Assembly: GCF_018350175.1 (NCBI RefSeq) | Contig: NC_058368.1 | Coordinates: 69,690,001-69,754,000, forward strand | Direction: 5' to 3' | From: Felis catus | Lineage: Eukaryota | Length of the DNA stretch: 64,000 bases | Shown: positions 23,701 to 36,474 of the stretch, piece by piece | How positions within the stretch are numbered: the stretch's first letter is position 1 | Layout of the letters: every line of letters begins with the position of its first letter | Program-made: the position numbers and the translations under genes | The notes under the pieces: model-generated | What the model was told of the DNA's origin: nothing | What the model saw: the letters and a program-made list of their open reading frames with translations, nothing else | Databases searched by the model: none

Positions 23701-26404
23701 TAATGTGGAAGAATCAGCATAGATACTTTCGAAGTTGTACTTCTTAAGATTTTGAAAAGAGGAACTGAGAAAGCAATCAGTATTCTCAAATATTTGACAA
23801 TCCTGCCATGGATTACTGTTTTTAAAATGATTATCAGGTTTTCTAAACACCGTATAGGACAAATAACTTCTTTAAAAGAGGAAATTACCAATGGATGGAC
23901 CAGCTTAAAAAACAGGACAGGTACAGCCACGTGTTTGAAATGCTATTGTATATTACTTGAAAGATAGACTAGAAAATTGTTTTCCCAGACTTTTGTGAGT
24001 TTGTCCTTAAACCTTGAATGCGATCAGAGGAGGTGTGGCTATGCCCAATCCCAAAAAGGGGGGGGGGGTGTCAGGCGTCGAGTTTGCCCGGTTGATCATA
24101 GACCACGTTCCCGCAGGTTATGTACCTGTGACAAGGGGCTGGTCAGGAGACGCCACAGTCTGGGCGATGCTGCAGAGGAGGGAAGAATTAATGTATTTTA
24201 CATTAAAAGGAGAAGGTAAGCAAATTTCTCAGCGGGGTGATAAATTGAATCCGCAAATACAGCTATGCTGATTTGAAGTTCCATAATTGTTTGTGCCATG
24301 AGAATGTGTATACGTAAAAGGATTTTTAAAAGCAATTACCAGAAATGCCTCCCTTGAGAGCAGTATTCATGATGGCATCTCCAATCCACGGGGGGGGACA
24401 TAAACTCAGCCCTCCTGATACAGATTAATGGTGGCGGGTGGGGGGTGGGACACAGCAGGGGCAGGAAATCCTTTGGAAGAGGTGAAGGATTTGAGAGTTA
24501 TTAAATGGAAATATAAGTGCATACCTTTAAAAATGCGGGGCAATTTCTAGAAATAGACAAAATAATTTTTTAAAAAATCCAAAGCTTCCAGACTTTTGGA
24601 GTATAACTGATCTTTTTCTAATCTCTTTAACCTTCTTTCCACGTTATTGCCTTAATATCCAGGTGCTTTCTCAAAAGATCCCCCCAAATTATTTACCTAG
24701 AGCCTGTTGCTGAAAGAAATTACTTCTTGTCAATTTGTCACAGATTAAAAAAAAAAACATGATAAAACTACCTAGGCATTAATGAGTTCACTGAGTAGCA
24801 GTGTAGGTGGGTCACAATTTCCTCTCCATGTCTCCTGGGGCTGTGCCTTCAAAGCCAGTAACCAGCTGCATGATTTGGACAGGCTTGCTAAGGCTAGAGT
24901 GATGAGCGGGCTCGTTTTATCTTACATAGGAAACACATTTGTTTTTGTAAAATGGACTACTTCGCTGAAAATTGGTTACATGTAGTTCTAATAACTGTAA
25001 CCTTAAACACTGACTTAAAGGCCCAGCTCTTCACGCTTGCCAGAGGGTGGACTTACAGGGACACCACTTTGTACAGATAGTTGTCACGGCACTCTGGCTC
25101 AGAGTCAAAAGAGAATTTTAATTCCTCACCAAGCTGCCAAATTCTACTGATTACCCTTATCAGCATATTTCATTGATTGCCGAATGGTAAATGAGCTACG
25201 TACTTTTATTTGGACCATGTCTCCTATAAATTTTCAAGAGTTGTTTCTCTTGCAAGGGGAGAAAGGGGCACAACTCAAATGAGCAAACTTGAACTTCAGA
25301 GTTTGGACCTTTCCCTTCCAGAGAATTGCTGACAGATTTCTAGACCAGGCTGCTTGGTATTTATTGATTTATTGGTCCTACTGTTAAATACACCCATCAG
25401 CCTTCCTCTCTTAGGTCCTAAGAGTAGACACAAAGCCTGCTGAAGTAGCCTCTCTGGAAACAGAAATCGGCGACCCTAACCTTGATCATTCCCTGAGTCT
25501 GTGTGTTGCACATGTAATGTTGCTGGTCACCACATCTTTGGGCTACATGAGTGAATCCAGCAGGTTGTCACCCAGCAACCTGTAGCTGACCCAGGGCTGT
25601 CCCTTCCTCTACCTGCAAAGAACATGGGTTGTCCTGAAGTTCGCTCCCAGTGCCCCACTTTCTCAATCCCGTCTGTGATGTGGTTCAGTGTGGATTCTTC
25701 TAGATGGCTGTATTCTTTGAAACGTGCCCTGCGTTCGTGGCAGGACAGACCTCTTCTGGAGCCCTGGTCTGTGTTCTCCTATAGAAATGTCCCCAGGAGG
25801 AATTCACCAGGGCAATAGCTTTTGACTTTCGGAGGGTGGAAGTGGTTGTACCTGAGGGTGTACACGCACGTTTTCTCCCCCACAGTGGGGTGGTTGGTTT
25901 TTCTTCTGCTCCTGGATGCTGTCCAGGGCCTAACTGGTACTGTTCCCCCACTCCCCACGCCTCCTGCAAGCCAGCCTTCTAACTGCTTTTTTATTCTTGA
26001 CTCCAACTCTCACTGATGAAGTGAGTGCTTTTTCTGTTCCACGTCACTGCAAAATCGAGGCCCCGCATGTGCTCACTTAATAACCACCTCACCTGACCTC
26101 ATGCACAGCGTGAGAGCTGAAGGTAAGCCCCAAATTTTGCCAGATTACGGTGGACAAATAAAAAGTGATTCTGATACAGTGACTCACAATGCATGAAATG
26201 TTTTGATCTCTAGACAGACTGCCAGAATTTCTCTTTTCTAATTTCCTATTTGTAGTGATGACATTTGCCTTTTTGTGATTTCTTTTTTAAAGAAGAGAAT
26301 AGTGTAGTACCTTGAAACATTTGCAGTTCTAATTGTTGTCACTATTTCTATTTGACAAGTTCCGATTCTTTCCAAGTTATTGTATTCGGTTGTGCACTAG
26401 TGTC

Positions 26405-26480
26405 AATAAAATTGACATTTGTGAAGCAATTTCTGGCCTTTTTCTCCGGGTTTCGCTGGGTCTGGTGGTGTGTGGGGTGA
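26405..26480 (+). terminator. Candidate poly(A) site for the extended exon H
   Basis: AATAAA 26405-26410, CA at 26427-26428, then T-rich and GT-rich downstream sequence; TGTA motifs within the 160 nt upstream. Confidence 0.5.
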
Positions 26481-27930
26481 ATGGGTCTTTGTCGAACACC
26501 AGGACTTCGTTTCAATGATGTGTGTTTAAAATGCAAGGATTTCAATGGAGGGATTTTGAAAACACAAACTTCTTGAATCTGTCTCTTCCTCATGTTTTCT
26601 AATCTCATTCTTCAAGGATCATTGTCCTGACCAATAATCAGTAGCAGGATGTCTGCTTTTTGCTGTTATTTCCGGGTGTGGTGGCTTTTCACGCACGTGT
26701 TAGTGACTCAGCTAGCTGGTCCAGCAGGGCCGGGGTGGGGGCTGGTGGTGTTTCATGGCTGGTTCATTCATACTGTGATCAAGTTCACTACCCTCCATTC
26801 AAGGCCATCCCATCTTGTAATTTCAAAGTGGATTATGAACGAATTCAGAGGGAGAGGATAGATGTCAAGAAAACGGGGTGTGGCCCCAGAAAATCGCACT
26901 TCACCTTCCCTCTCCAAGATGCTTGTCGAGTTTGCGGAATAGCCATGAGCTGAAACCGCCTATCGGAAAATGAGAAAGCATTTCCATCGTCTTTCCTCAT
27001 GCTGGTAACAGACGAGCCTGCAGGCTACTTTAAGTTTGTTTACCGCAGTGCCAGTCCTAGCAAACCTGCATTCGAATTACAAATGTGTTAGGTGCAAACG
27101 CTTAAGTAGAAGTATATTTTGAAACATCCCACTTAGTTCCACGGGTTGAGGCTTGGATATTTGCAAAATTCTCTTGGCAAAGAGTTTCATGCACACATCA
27201 TGTCCTTTGGCTGACTCATAATGGGTAATTCTACATTTTTGTATGATTTAATATCTCCTTTTCAGAGGAGTCATTAATTGCCTGTCACTTTTTGACTCTT
27301 AAAGGGGAACTGTGATAATGTAATGACCTCCAGCTTTGCATTTGTAAATGATCACCTTTGCATGTAAATGTGATGCTAGTGTTTCTGTCCCAAACAGTGA
27401 GAGAGACATGGAAGGCCCGCCACCAGGTATAATAAGCTTGCTTCTGTTCTTTGTAGAATGGGGAGTTAGCTGCTTGTGTCCTTTACTTAGCCGTGGTTGT
27501 TATAAGGTGTAGTCTGTCCTGGGTGCATCAGCCATTTAGTTTCCTTTTAGTATAGTTCTGTTTTCTAGTCCTTTCTCACGTCTCCTGGTGGTATAGACAC
27601 TGTCTTTCTCGAGCAATTCTTAGAAGCTAAGGCAGAAGTTAGGAGATGAAGATCGTATTTGGGGGGATACACTGTGCTCCTCAACTACTATTACTACCCC
27701 CTAAACGGAGTTCTCTGTCTTACCATTAATTGCGTGACTCTGGCTCCATTGAATCATTCATACTATGGTATCTTTAGTATTAAGGCAGCTGCAACTCACA
27801 GGAAATCTAGAAAATAGTCAAGCACGTTAGGTTCTAAAGATTTGATATGGGGGGGAATTGTAAGTAGAAATCCGGTCCCAGAAGGAATTACTTTTTTTTT
27901 TTTTCTTTAATACTTCTCATCCCCAAATAG

Positions 27931-28118
27931 GCTCCCTGACTGGTAGCCCTCACCTTTCAGAGCTGTCCATCAACTCGCAGGGAGGAGCCGCGCCCACCAA
28001 CGTGATCCTGTCTCCCAACCTGAGCCCCGACACCAAGCAGGCCTCTCCCTTGGTCAGCCCGCTGCTGAACGACCAGGTGTGCCCACGCACCGACGACGAG
28101 GAGGAAGGCCGGAGAAAG
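27931..28118 (+). CDS. FARP1: FARP1 exon I (linker; SLTGSPHLSELSINSQGG...PLLNDQVCPRTDDEEEGRRK)
   Basis: aatag acceptor, AAG|gtgtgg donor, 188 bp. Confidence 0.95.
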
Positions 28119-28149
28119 GTGTGGGGACCTGCGTGCATGTGCGCGTTAC

Positions 28150-28660
28150 TGTTTTCTTTTTTAACTGCAGGAGTAAATATAACATTTGCCATTTTAACCA
28201 TTTTTAAGCATGCTGCTCAGTGACGCTAAGTACATTCACAGTGTTTTCTAACCGTCATCATCGTCCATTTCCAGAACTTTTTCGTTGTTCCAGACTGAAA
28301 CCGCCCCCATTAAACACTAAATCTCCCTCCCCCTTCCCCAGCCCCTGGCAACCTCCTTTCTACTTTCTGCATCTATGGATTTGACCGCTTAGGTACCTCA
28401 TACGGGAGGAACCATACAATATTTGTCCTTTTGTGTCCGGCTTCTTTCACTTGGCGAAATGTCGTCAGGATCCATCCATGTTGTAGCGCGTGTCCGTTTC
28501 CTTTTTAAGGTAGAACGAAACCCCACCGTATGGGTCGAGGACATTGTGTTCACGTACCTCTGGTGATGGATGGTTGGGTTGTTTACCCAAATCCCGTTGC
28601 TGGAAACATGGGCGCACAAGGGTCCGTTCGAGTCTCCACGTTCAGTCTTGTCATGTGTGT
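28150..28660 (-). mobile_element. Old L1 (L1MA/L1MB-like) 3' fragment
   Basis: cccagcccctggcaacc...tttgtccttttgtgtccggcttctttcacttggc. Confidence 0.8.
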
Positions 28661-29231
28661 CCCCAAAGGTGGCGTCAGGTGGACTCTTGTGGAAGCAAGC
28701 GAGATCGCTAGCGACAAGGGATTGCCTCTCACTTACTGTTGAAAGAGAAAGCAAAACCCCTAACTGGCCCACTGTCGAGAGGTGCCTGCTCACCTAAGTG
28801 ACAGACTCCGGAGAACCGAGTCCCAATGGTGTCTGTCACCAGCTGCTTTCACTTTGTCCCCTCAGATTGGCCACCCTACATATTCCCACAAACACTGTAG
28901 CTTCTGTTTCCTGAACACCCAACACCACCAGCTCCCGGCACCCAGGACAGAGGCCACTGTGGTTTCTGTTGCTTTTAGTTCCTGGAAGACTGCATTGCTC
29001 TGATATTTTACTAGTTGATTAGATTTTCCGATGCCCAATTTTGAATGAATTGTTCTCCGCGGTGGCTACATGCTCACTGGAGGCCTTCTACTGAGGGTAA
29101 TGTTTATGTGGAAGGAAACCTCCATTTTCTTCTGCTAGTTCCTCACACAAAAAGGGGGACAAATAAGAGTTGATTTAGTCTGTAGCCCAGTTAATAAAAC
29201 ATCATGAATTAGTAATGTATCGCTTTTGCAG

Positions 29232-29321
29232 AGATTCCCGACTGACAAGGCATACTTCATCGCTAAGGAAGTCTCCACCACCGAGAGAACTTATCTGAAG
29301 GATCTTGAGGTCATCACTTCG
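29232..29321 (+). CDS. FARP1: FARP1 exon J (DH start; RFPTDKAYFIAKEVSTTERTYLKDLEVITS)
   Basis: ttgcag acceptor, TCG|gtatgt donor, 90 bp; TERTYLKDL DH motif. Confidence 0.97.
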
Positions 29322-30360
29322 GTATGTGTAGCGTTTCCCCTAAAGCATCCAATTACATAATTTACCTCCACTCATATGCAGCTTTCAGAGAGAAGCTGGG
29401 TCTAATTAAAATGTTGGGTTCTCTGACTCCAATTAAAAGGATTTGGTTTTCTGGGTGATAGAAATTAGACGGCAAGAGAATATTTAATTTGGAACATGCT
29501 CTCTAAAAATTTGTATAATTGTGATTTTTAAGTGCAAAAGAAGGAAGTTTCTGAAGTGGAGAAAATGAAAGTTGAGCATTTTGCTGTGTGCGTGCACCAG
29601 GGCAGAGCAGTTTGTGTTTGGCCCGTCATCCAAGGTAGCTGCTTTTGCTTGAGGAAGACCCCAGAGGTGAATGGAAGCCTCGTTTCATCCTTGATAATAA
29701 ATCGAGCCCTGTCAGCAAACCTGACAGGAGACCACCTTTAATTATTTTAATAAGTCCTGTTCAGTCTGAGAAACAAATTCAAAGCATTGTAGATGTCTTT
29801 ATGGCACCAGGATTCTGAGAAAGAACTAGACATTGGAGGTCAGTAGGAATCACTGGGCTTCTGCACCTCCGGGGCATGAATGGTGCCTGCCCGCCCCCCA
29901 GCAGGTGCTCAGTAAACATTGTGGGATAGCCCTGCCTCGCGAGCGACTGCATGTACAGGCCAAGGCTCTCCCTCTCTCTGGTGCGGCCTCGTGGGTGCTC
30001 AGCGTTTTCACAAGGGAACAGAGATAGATGTTCCAGAAGGACTGAACCAGAGCGGGTGCAGTGGTCTAAATCAGTGGTTACCAGGGAGTTGGCCAAAGTG
30101 GAAGTTTTGATTCGAAGTAGCTGCCCACTTCGGAGATTCCTCCTGGCCTCCACGGCCAATTGGTAACAGACGGGTGCCTCTCACCCCGTGTAATTGAAGA
30201 CTGCACAAGCAGTAAGGCCCAGAAGCCCCCGCTGGTGCTGAGCACTGCCTACCGAGCAGTAAAGACCTGGGGGCTCCAGGCACACTGGGCCGCAGCATCA
30301 CCTCTGAAGGATCACCTCATTCAACTTTACACCTCTAAGTGTGTCTTCTTTTTATTCCAG

Positions 30361-30494
30361 TGGTTTCAGAGCACAGTCAGCAAAGAGGATGTCATGCCCG
30401 AAGCCTTGAAAAGTCTCATATTCCCGAATTTTGAACCTTTGCACAAATTTCATACAAGTTTTCTCAAGGAGACTGAACAACGACTAGCCCTGTG
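30361..30494 (+). CDS. FARP1: FARP1 exon K (DH; WFQSTVSKEDVMPEALKSLIFPNFEPLHKFHTSFLKETEQRLAL)
   Basis: ttccag acceptor, TG|gtgagt donor, 134 bp. Confidence 0.96.
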
Positions 30495-30544
30495 GTGAGT
30501 ACAGCAGTAACATTTAGCAGGTATATTTGGGGGGGGGGGGGGGG

Positions 30545-30760
30545 CGGCGCCTGGGTGGCTCAGTCAGTTACGTGTCCAACTCTTGGTTTTGGCTCAGGTC
30601 ATGATCTCACAGTTCGTGGGATCAAGCCCCGTGTCGGGCTCTGGGCGGAGACCTCAGAGCCTGGAGCCTGTTCCAGATTCTGTGTCTCTATCTCTCTCTG
30701 CCCCTCCTTGGCTCATGCTCTGTCTCTCTCGTTCTGTCTCCAAAATAAATAAGGATTAAA
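30545..30760 (+). mobile_element. Can-SINE preceded by a poly-G run
   Basis: ggcgcctgggtggctcagtc head; aaaataaataa tail. Confidence 0.9.
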
Positions 30761-30932
30761 ACAATTTTTATTCAGATAAATAGAAAATACTACATTTTGT
30801 CCCTACACCGTCCTCTTTCTCTGACTCCCTAATGTTATTTTTGTGTCATGCCTTCTAAACAGCTGTCACAGCCAAAGATAAAGGCAAGAAACTGGCTTGA
30901 GATAAGCCAACCTTAAGATGATTTCCCGGTTA

Positions 30933-31098
30933 GGAGCACCTGGGTGGCTAAGCATCTGACTTCGGCTCAGGTCATGATCTCACCGTTTGTGAGTTCAAGC
31001 CTGCTTCAGATTCTGTGTCTCCCTCTCTCTCTGCCCCTCCCCTGCTTGTGTGCGTGCACGCTCGCTCTCTCTCTCTCTCAAATAAATAAAAAAAAAAA
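30933..31098 (+). mobile_element. Internally deleted Can-SINE
   Basis: Head and A tail present, middle missing; flanking atttccc(g/a)gtta duplication. Confidence 0.85.
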
Positions 31099-33069
31099 TT
31101 TCCCAGTTAAATTCTATGTATATTTAGATCTCATCCTGGATTTTCCCCCCCTTTGGTTTATAATTCTTCAAAATGCATGTTTTCTTATAATTCAGTGAAT
31201 ATCACAAAATAAAGATAGTAGGTACTTCTGGAAAGCCGACGAGGGTTCTAAAGAACAGGCGTACTGAGGGATTCCCAGGGGGAGTTGACGGTAGTCACTG
31301 GCTCTTGCTTTATAGTCGTCTGTGAAGTATCTGTATCTCTCATGCAGTTTTCAGTATTCTGTTGCACTATGTTGAGGAAGTGGTTGGAAAAATGTAGAAC
31401 CCTACATACCACGCACACACTTGTCCTTGAATCCCGCATCTAGGAATGTACCTTAAGGATACATTTATAATGTGAAATGATGTACAACAGAGATAGCCAT
31501 GTTAGAATTGAAAGATTGTAAATGATCTAAACGTCCATGAACAGATTGGTTCAAAATAATATTAAGTCCGTTTAATACTGAATAAAACATTAACCTGGTG
31601 CAAGAAATCAGGAAACACCTCATGTGTCATAGGATGCAAAATCCAGTGTACCCTTCTGTAAAATTAGAACCTTTCCAGAAAATTATTAGGGTTGTTGTTG
31701 TTGTTGTTTTAAGACCATTCTATGCAGACTCTTAGGGAGTTGACCTTCTACTAAACATACATTTGGAAAACTCCAGGAGAAAATAGCAAAAACTTTCTGT
31801 GTTTTAGGCAGAGGCGGGAGCCATTGTATACTGTATCCTCACGGGAGGTGAGAATTTACTTTAAAGCGGTCTCGGGGCATTTAACGGCTCAGGGGCCTAA
31901 AGGAGCTGCCGATGAGCTGGTCTTGCCCCAGGTGATCCAGACAGTGGGTTGCAAGTGTCCGTTGAACAGGTTCATGGGGCTGCTCTCCTGCCTAGTGACA
32001 TGAACGTGCTCTGGTGTCCGACTTCATGTGTGTGCTTTAGGATGATTCACATGCCGTTCTCACCCTGCATTAGAAGGAGGTGGGAGGCATTGCCAAGATG
32101 CCCCAGGGAGGAGAGCAGAGCCAGGGTTGAGAAACCGCCTCATTGAAAATGGAGAAAGGTTGGAAACCCCACTTTAGGGCCACACTGTAGGTTGGGGCTG
32201 TGAATGTAAGAGAAATGCCACTTTTCAAAATTAAAAAAGATTCCACAGGATCTAACTTCTTATTTTACCTCCCAAAGTCTACCTGGAAACATTCGGTTGC
32301 ATTCTGCCATGTTCTGTTGCCTCATCATTCCTACAAAGTGAGACGATGCTTTCGTAATGGAGTCAGAGAACTTACAACTCTGGAGAAATCCACTCACAGT
32401 TTGTTTGGCCAGTGAGATGTGTGCGAATGCAGTCTTAAATCTTCCGTAGGCTGGGGCGTCTTGAGCAGGTGTCACTGTGGCAGCTCTGGTCCATGTGGCA
32501 GGTGACCTAAATAATGGGGAGGCCACACACAGGAAATGTCATCAGCTGTACCCTGGCAGCTCAGCATGGTGGCTTCAGCTGGCCCCTGCCACCAGAGAGA
32601 GCTTCAGGGAGCTGTAGGGAACATTTCATACTAGGAATAAACGCCACACTCTTTATTATCTGTGACCATAAATCTTTTGCATCTAGTCCTTCACTGTGAA
32701 AGAATATCCAGTTGCCTAAAAAGCAGCTGCTGTCATTTATTTCCCAGAGGATTTTCAGTAGATCTTTCAAAGATCTATAATTTTATCCATGTTTTACATG
32801 ACAATACCAGAAGCATGTAAAAGACTCAAAGCTAGAAAGAGAGCAGACAGTCAGTATGAAGCTCAAGGACGTGACTTGACCTTGCAACAATGGACCCAAA
32901 CCAAATTGATGACATTTATCAGGAATAAATGTAAAAGTCTGCTGCTAAGTTCAACTAGTCACTTCCTCAAGTGCATGATGAGGAATTGGCAGGGATTCAA
33001 GGCAAAAAGGCTGAGTGAATGAGTGTGTGAGTCAACAGAATAACACAGAGAGGACCCCGTGTGTGTATC

Positions 33070-33230
33070 TGTAGCTCTCAACATCAGCTGCGCAGCAGAA
33101 TCACCTGGAACCTTTACAAAATCTTGATAGCCAGGCAGAACCCCAGACCAGTCATAGCAGAATTTCTGAGAGGTTGGACCTAAAGCTTCCCCGATGATTC
33201 CCGTGTGTAGCCAGGGTCGAGAAGGCTTGT
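33070..33230. mobile_element. MER5-like fragment
   Basis: cagcagaatcacctggaa...ccccagacc...gcagaatttctg...gatgattcc. Confidence 0.6.
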
Positions 33231-33649
33231 CCTAGACTGCCTCACGAAAGCGGCCAGAGCACAAAAAAATGCTCAGGGCTCCTTCAGAACACTAGGCGCA
33301 GTTCTGAGTTTCACTTTTGAAATGGAATAGAGAATGCATTCCATTTAAAAAAAAAAAAGTTGTTGAAACTATGGGCATTTGTCCTAGAAGAGAGAAGATT
33401 CTAGAAAATCTGATGGCTCTGTTTAGTCTGGTCATGTGAAAAGGGAGTGTCTTCTTAGTTGTATCAGAGAACAGAATCTAAACAGTGAATTTCCAAAGAG
33501 GCACATCGTGTCTAAATATAGAGAAGGATTCCCTAGCACTAACACTTGGCGATGAGAGGCTGCCTTAGGAGGTAATGAGTTCCTCCACCTTGGGGTTTCT
33601 TGAGCAGAGGTGGACTATTTCTAGAAGGCATTTATCTGTTGGAAACCCC

Positions 33650-33830
33650 AAACCTGGCACTGCAACACGGTCACCTGGGATTGGGATGGGGGAGTTTTGA
33701 AAAAATAGAGATTGCTAGGCCCCATCCAGCCCTCCTGAATCAGAACACTGGGAGGAGTCCCAGACGTGTGTATTTCTAAAGTGCTTCTTGAGATGACTGT
33801 GATGAATACCTTTTCTGGAACAACTGATAC
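33650..33830. mobile_element. MER5-like fragment
   Basis: aaaaatagagattgctaggccccatcc...tgaatcagaa. Confidence 0.55.
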
Positions 33831-34812
33831 GGAGCTCCTGTGACAAACCTAAGATTCTATGATTCTCTGAGTTGCATTTTGGTTATAACTCTTGTTTCTT
33901 CTACAAGCAGTGAATGCATACACAGGTGGGTGGGGGAGCGAGCGAGCTAGCTCAAGTATAAGGCTTTGCCCGCTGGGGGCTTGTGGTCTCCGGAGCAGAA
34001 AGGCATGGAAAAGAAGGAGGGCCGGGCCCTGTCATGGATGAGTGAACCATGTCCAGTGTGGGCATGGGGCATCACTGGCCAGTTCTGCCTTGACGTCTGG
34101 GCCATTGATGCCTGCACAGCATAGGCAGCCTGTGTGAATGAATATATTTAAGGAAAAGAATGGAATGCAGGGAGATTCGTTAAGAAAGGAGTTCACACCG
34201 AGTTCTGGACCGCCAGGCCAGATGGAAGTAGATGTGTATGCATGTATGTGTCTATTCAGTCTGGGGTATGGGAAACCCGGCTGGCCCGTGCCGAGGGGGA
34301 TGGCTGCGTTCTGGCTGTGTCCACGCTCCCGGCCACACCACCACCGGACATCTCTGGCTGCCTCTGGCCCTTGTGGAGCTACACTGTGTCATCTGTAGTA
34401 TGTGCACCTCATAGGCCTGTTACATGGACAAAATGAGACAGTATTTGTGAAGGGCTTAGCCTTCTGTCCCATTTGCAGAAGGTGGGAGAGGAGCTGATCT
34501 TTCTTTATATTGTTTATTTTGAAATAACTTTAGATTTAGAAAAAAGTTGCCACGACAGTAGGGTTTCTGCCCTCACGTCAGCTTCTTCCATTGCTGGGCA
34601 CGTCGGTCAGTTAGGAAACTAATGTGGCTAAGTTACCATCAGCTAAACTCCCGCCTTTATTCGGTGATACTCTTTAAATTACTACTGTTAATGGAAAGAA
34701 ATCTAAAGTTTACTATGCATCTAAAATTCCCCCAAATTTGGTACTTAAATGACACGGCCACCATGGTTTTACATGAGGCAGTGCTATGCTTCGATCAGCA
34801 GTGGGAAGTCTT

Positions 34813-35042
34813 TTTTTTTTTTTTTTAATTTTTTTTTTCCAACGTTTTTATTTATTTTTGGGACAGAGAGACAGAGCATGAATGGGGGAGGGGCAGAGAG
34901 AGAGGGAGACACAGAATCGGAAACAGACTCCAGGCTCTGAGCCATCAGCCCAGAGCCTGACGCGGGGCTCGAACTCATGGACCACGAGATCGTGACCTGG
35001 CTGAAATCGGACCCTTAACCGACTGCGCCACCCAGGCGCCCC
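34813..35042 (-). mobile_element. Young felid Can-SINE with perfect target-site duplication
   Basis: TSD agcagtgggaagtctt at 34797-34812 and 35043-35058; CpG-intact body. Confidence 0.95.
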
Positions 35043-36474
35043 AGCAGTGGGAAGTCTTAAGGCAGAAAAGTTACCAGGAATTTCCCTGAATGAGGAGGCT
35101 TGAACCCCTGCTCAGTAAACACACCTGCCCGCATCCAAATGTTGCGTCCTCCTGAGTAAACCCACCTGATGAGGGGATGGGCTGTTTCAGCCTGGCCAAA
35201 GCCCAGGTGACCCTGTTTCTTCAACAACCAGGAAACAGGTTTGGTGACTTCTGAAAACAGGAAGAATGCCTTTCTTTTTGAAAGCCAGGATATTTTGCCC
35301 AGCTGTTCAAATGCACTCAGAGAAAGCCTCTTACAACCTTTGGCTTTCAGAGCTGTGTCCCAAATTCCAGCCCCGAAAGGCCTGGCAGGCAGAGTGAACA
35401 CCAGCCGACTTGTTCCCCAGACCTGGATTCTCTAGCACAATGCGCCTCGGTAGACTGTGCCCCGTGCAACATCAGCCTGCAGGGAGCTGGGGTCTGGGCA
35501 AGAGGCCTGCAGAGAGTCATGTGGGATCTGCTGTGGGCACACACAGTTCTCAAGAAGGGTCTGCTGCATTTATTAGAAGCTTGGCAGCAGATTCACTTGG
35601 AAGGGGTGCAGAAGTCTAGCCGGGAGGGGTGGGGAGACCGGAGGTTGAGATGTCGCCGAGCAGACAAGTTGGGCCCACGGGACCAAGGAAAAGGCCAGGG
35701 GGAGGCCCCGAGAACTTTGATCCTGGTTACCTGGGAGGATGCTCACAAAATTAGGAAGCCGAAAGAAGAAAGGAAGAAGCAAATATAACGGAGGGAAGCT
35801 GAGTTTGCTCTGGGTCACATCAGCTTTGAGGGGTCAGTAATGAAGTCCTTCCGGCAGTTGGAAACACAGGTCTCAGGCTTGGGAAAGAAATCTGGTGCAG
35901 TGATGTAGATATGGGAGTTACCCACAAGAAGAATCCTGTCCTGTAAGGAACAACAGTGAGACAGAGGAGAACCAGGGACAGAATCGTGCCGAATACACCT
36001 TATTGTCAACTTTCCATAAACGTGTAGCTCATGGCAGAGCAAGAGCCAGCAGAGGAAATGGAAAAAGCCACGAGGGGTGAGCAGGGGTGGAGCGTCCCTG
36101 AGGAGAGCACGTCTGAAGAGTGGCGGGACGACGTGCAGAGAAGATTGAGGCAGGGTCCCTGGGGTGTGGGGGCAGGAGCAGGCTCGGACCCTAGGGGGTT
36201 GAGAGACAGGAGGGTGTCCGTCCGGAGCAGAAAGGAAGCTCCTCTCTCAGGAGGACTGTGATCAGGGATTTCACCCGTGGAGCCGTGTTGTCCTGCCAGG
36301 ATGCTCCAGGGGCTGAAGAGGAGTGGGGGGTGACCGTGTGGGTGAGACCGTGATTTGCAGCCCTCCCCCAGAGTGCACATCTTCATAGTAGCTTCACAGT
36401 GAGCAATCCTAAAACAAAAAAATGAGTTATAAATCTTTTCATCCTACCCACTCTTTGAAGCTGGTCATCCTTAA

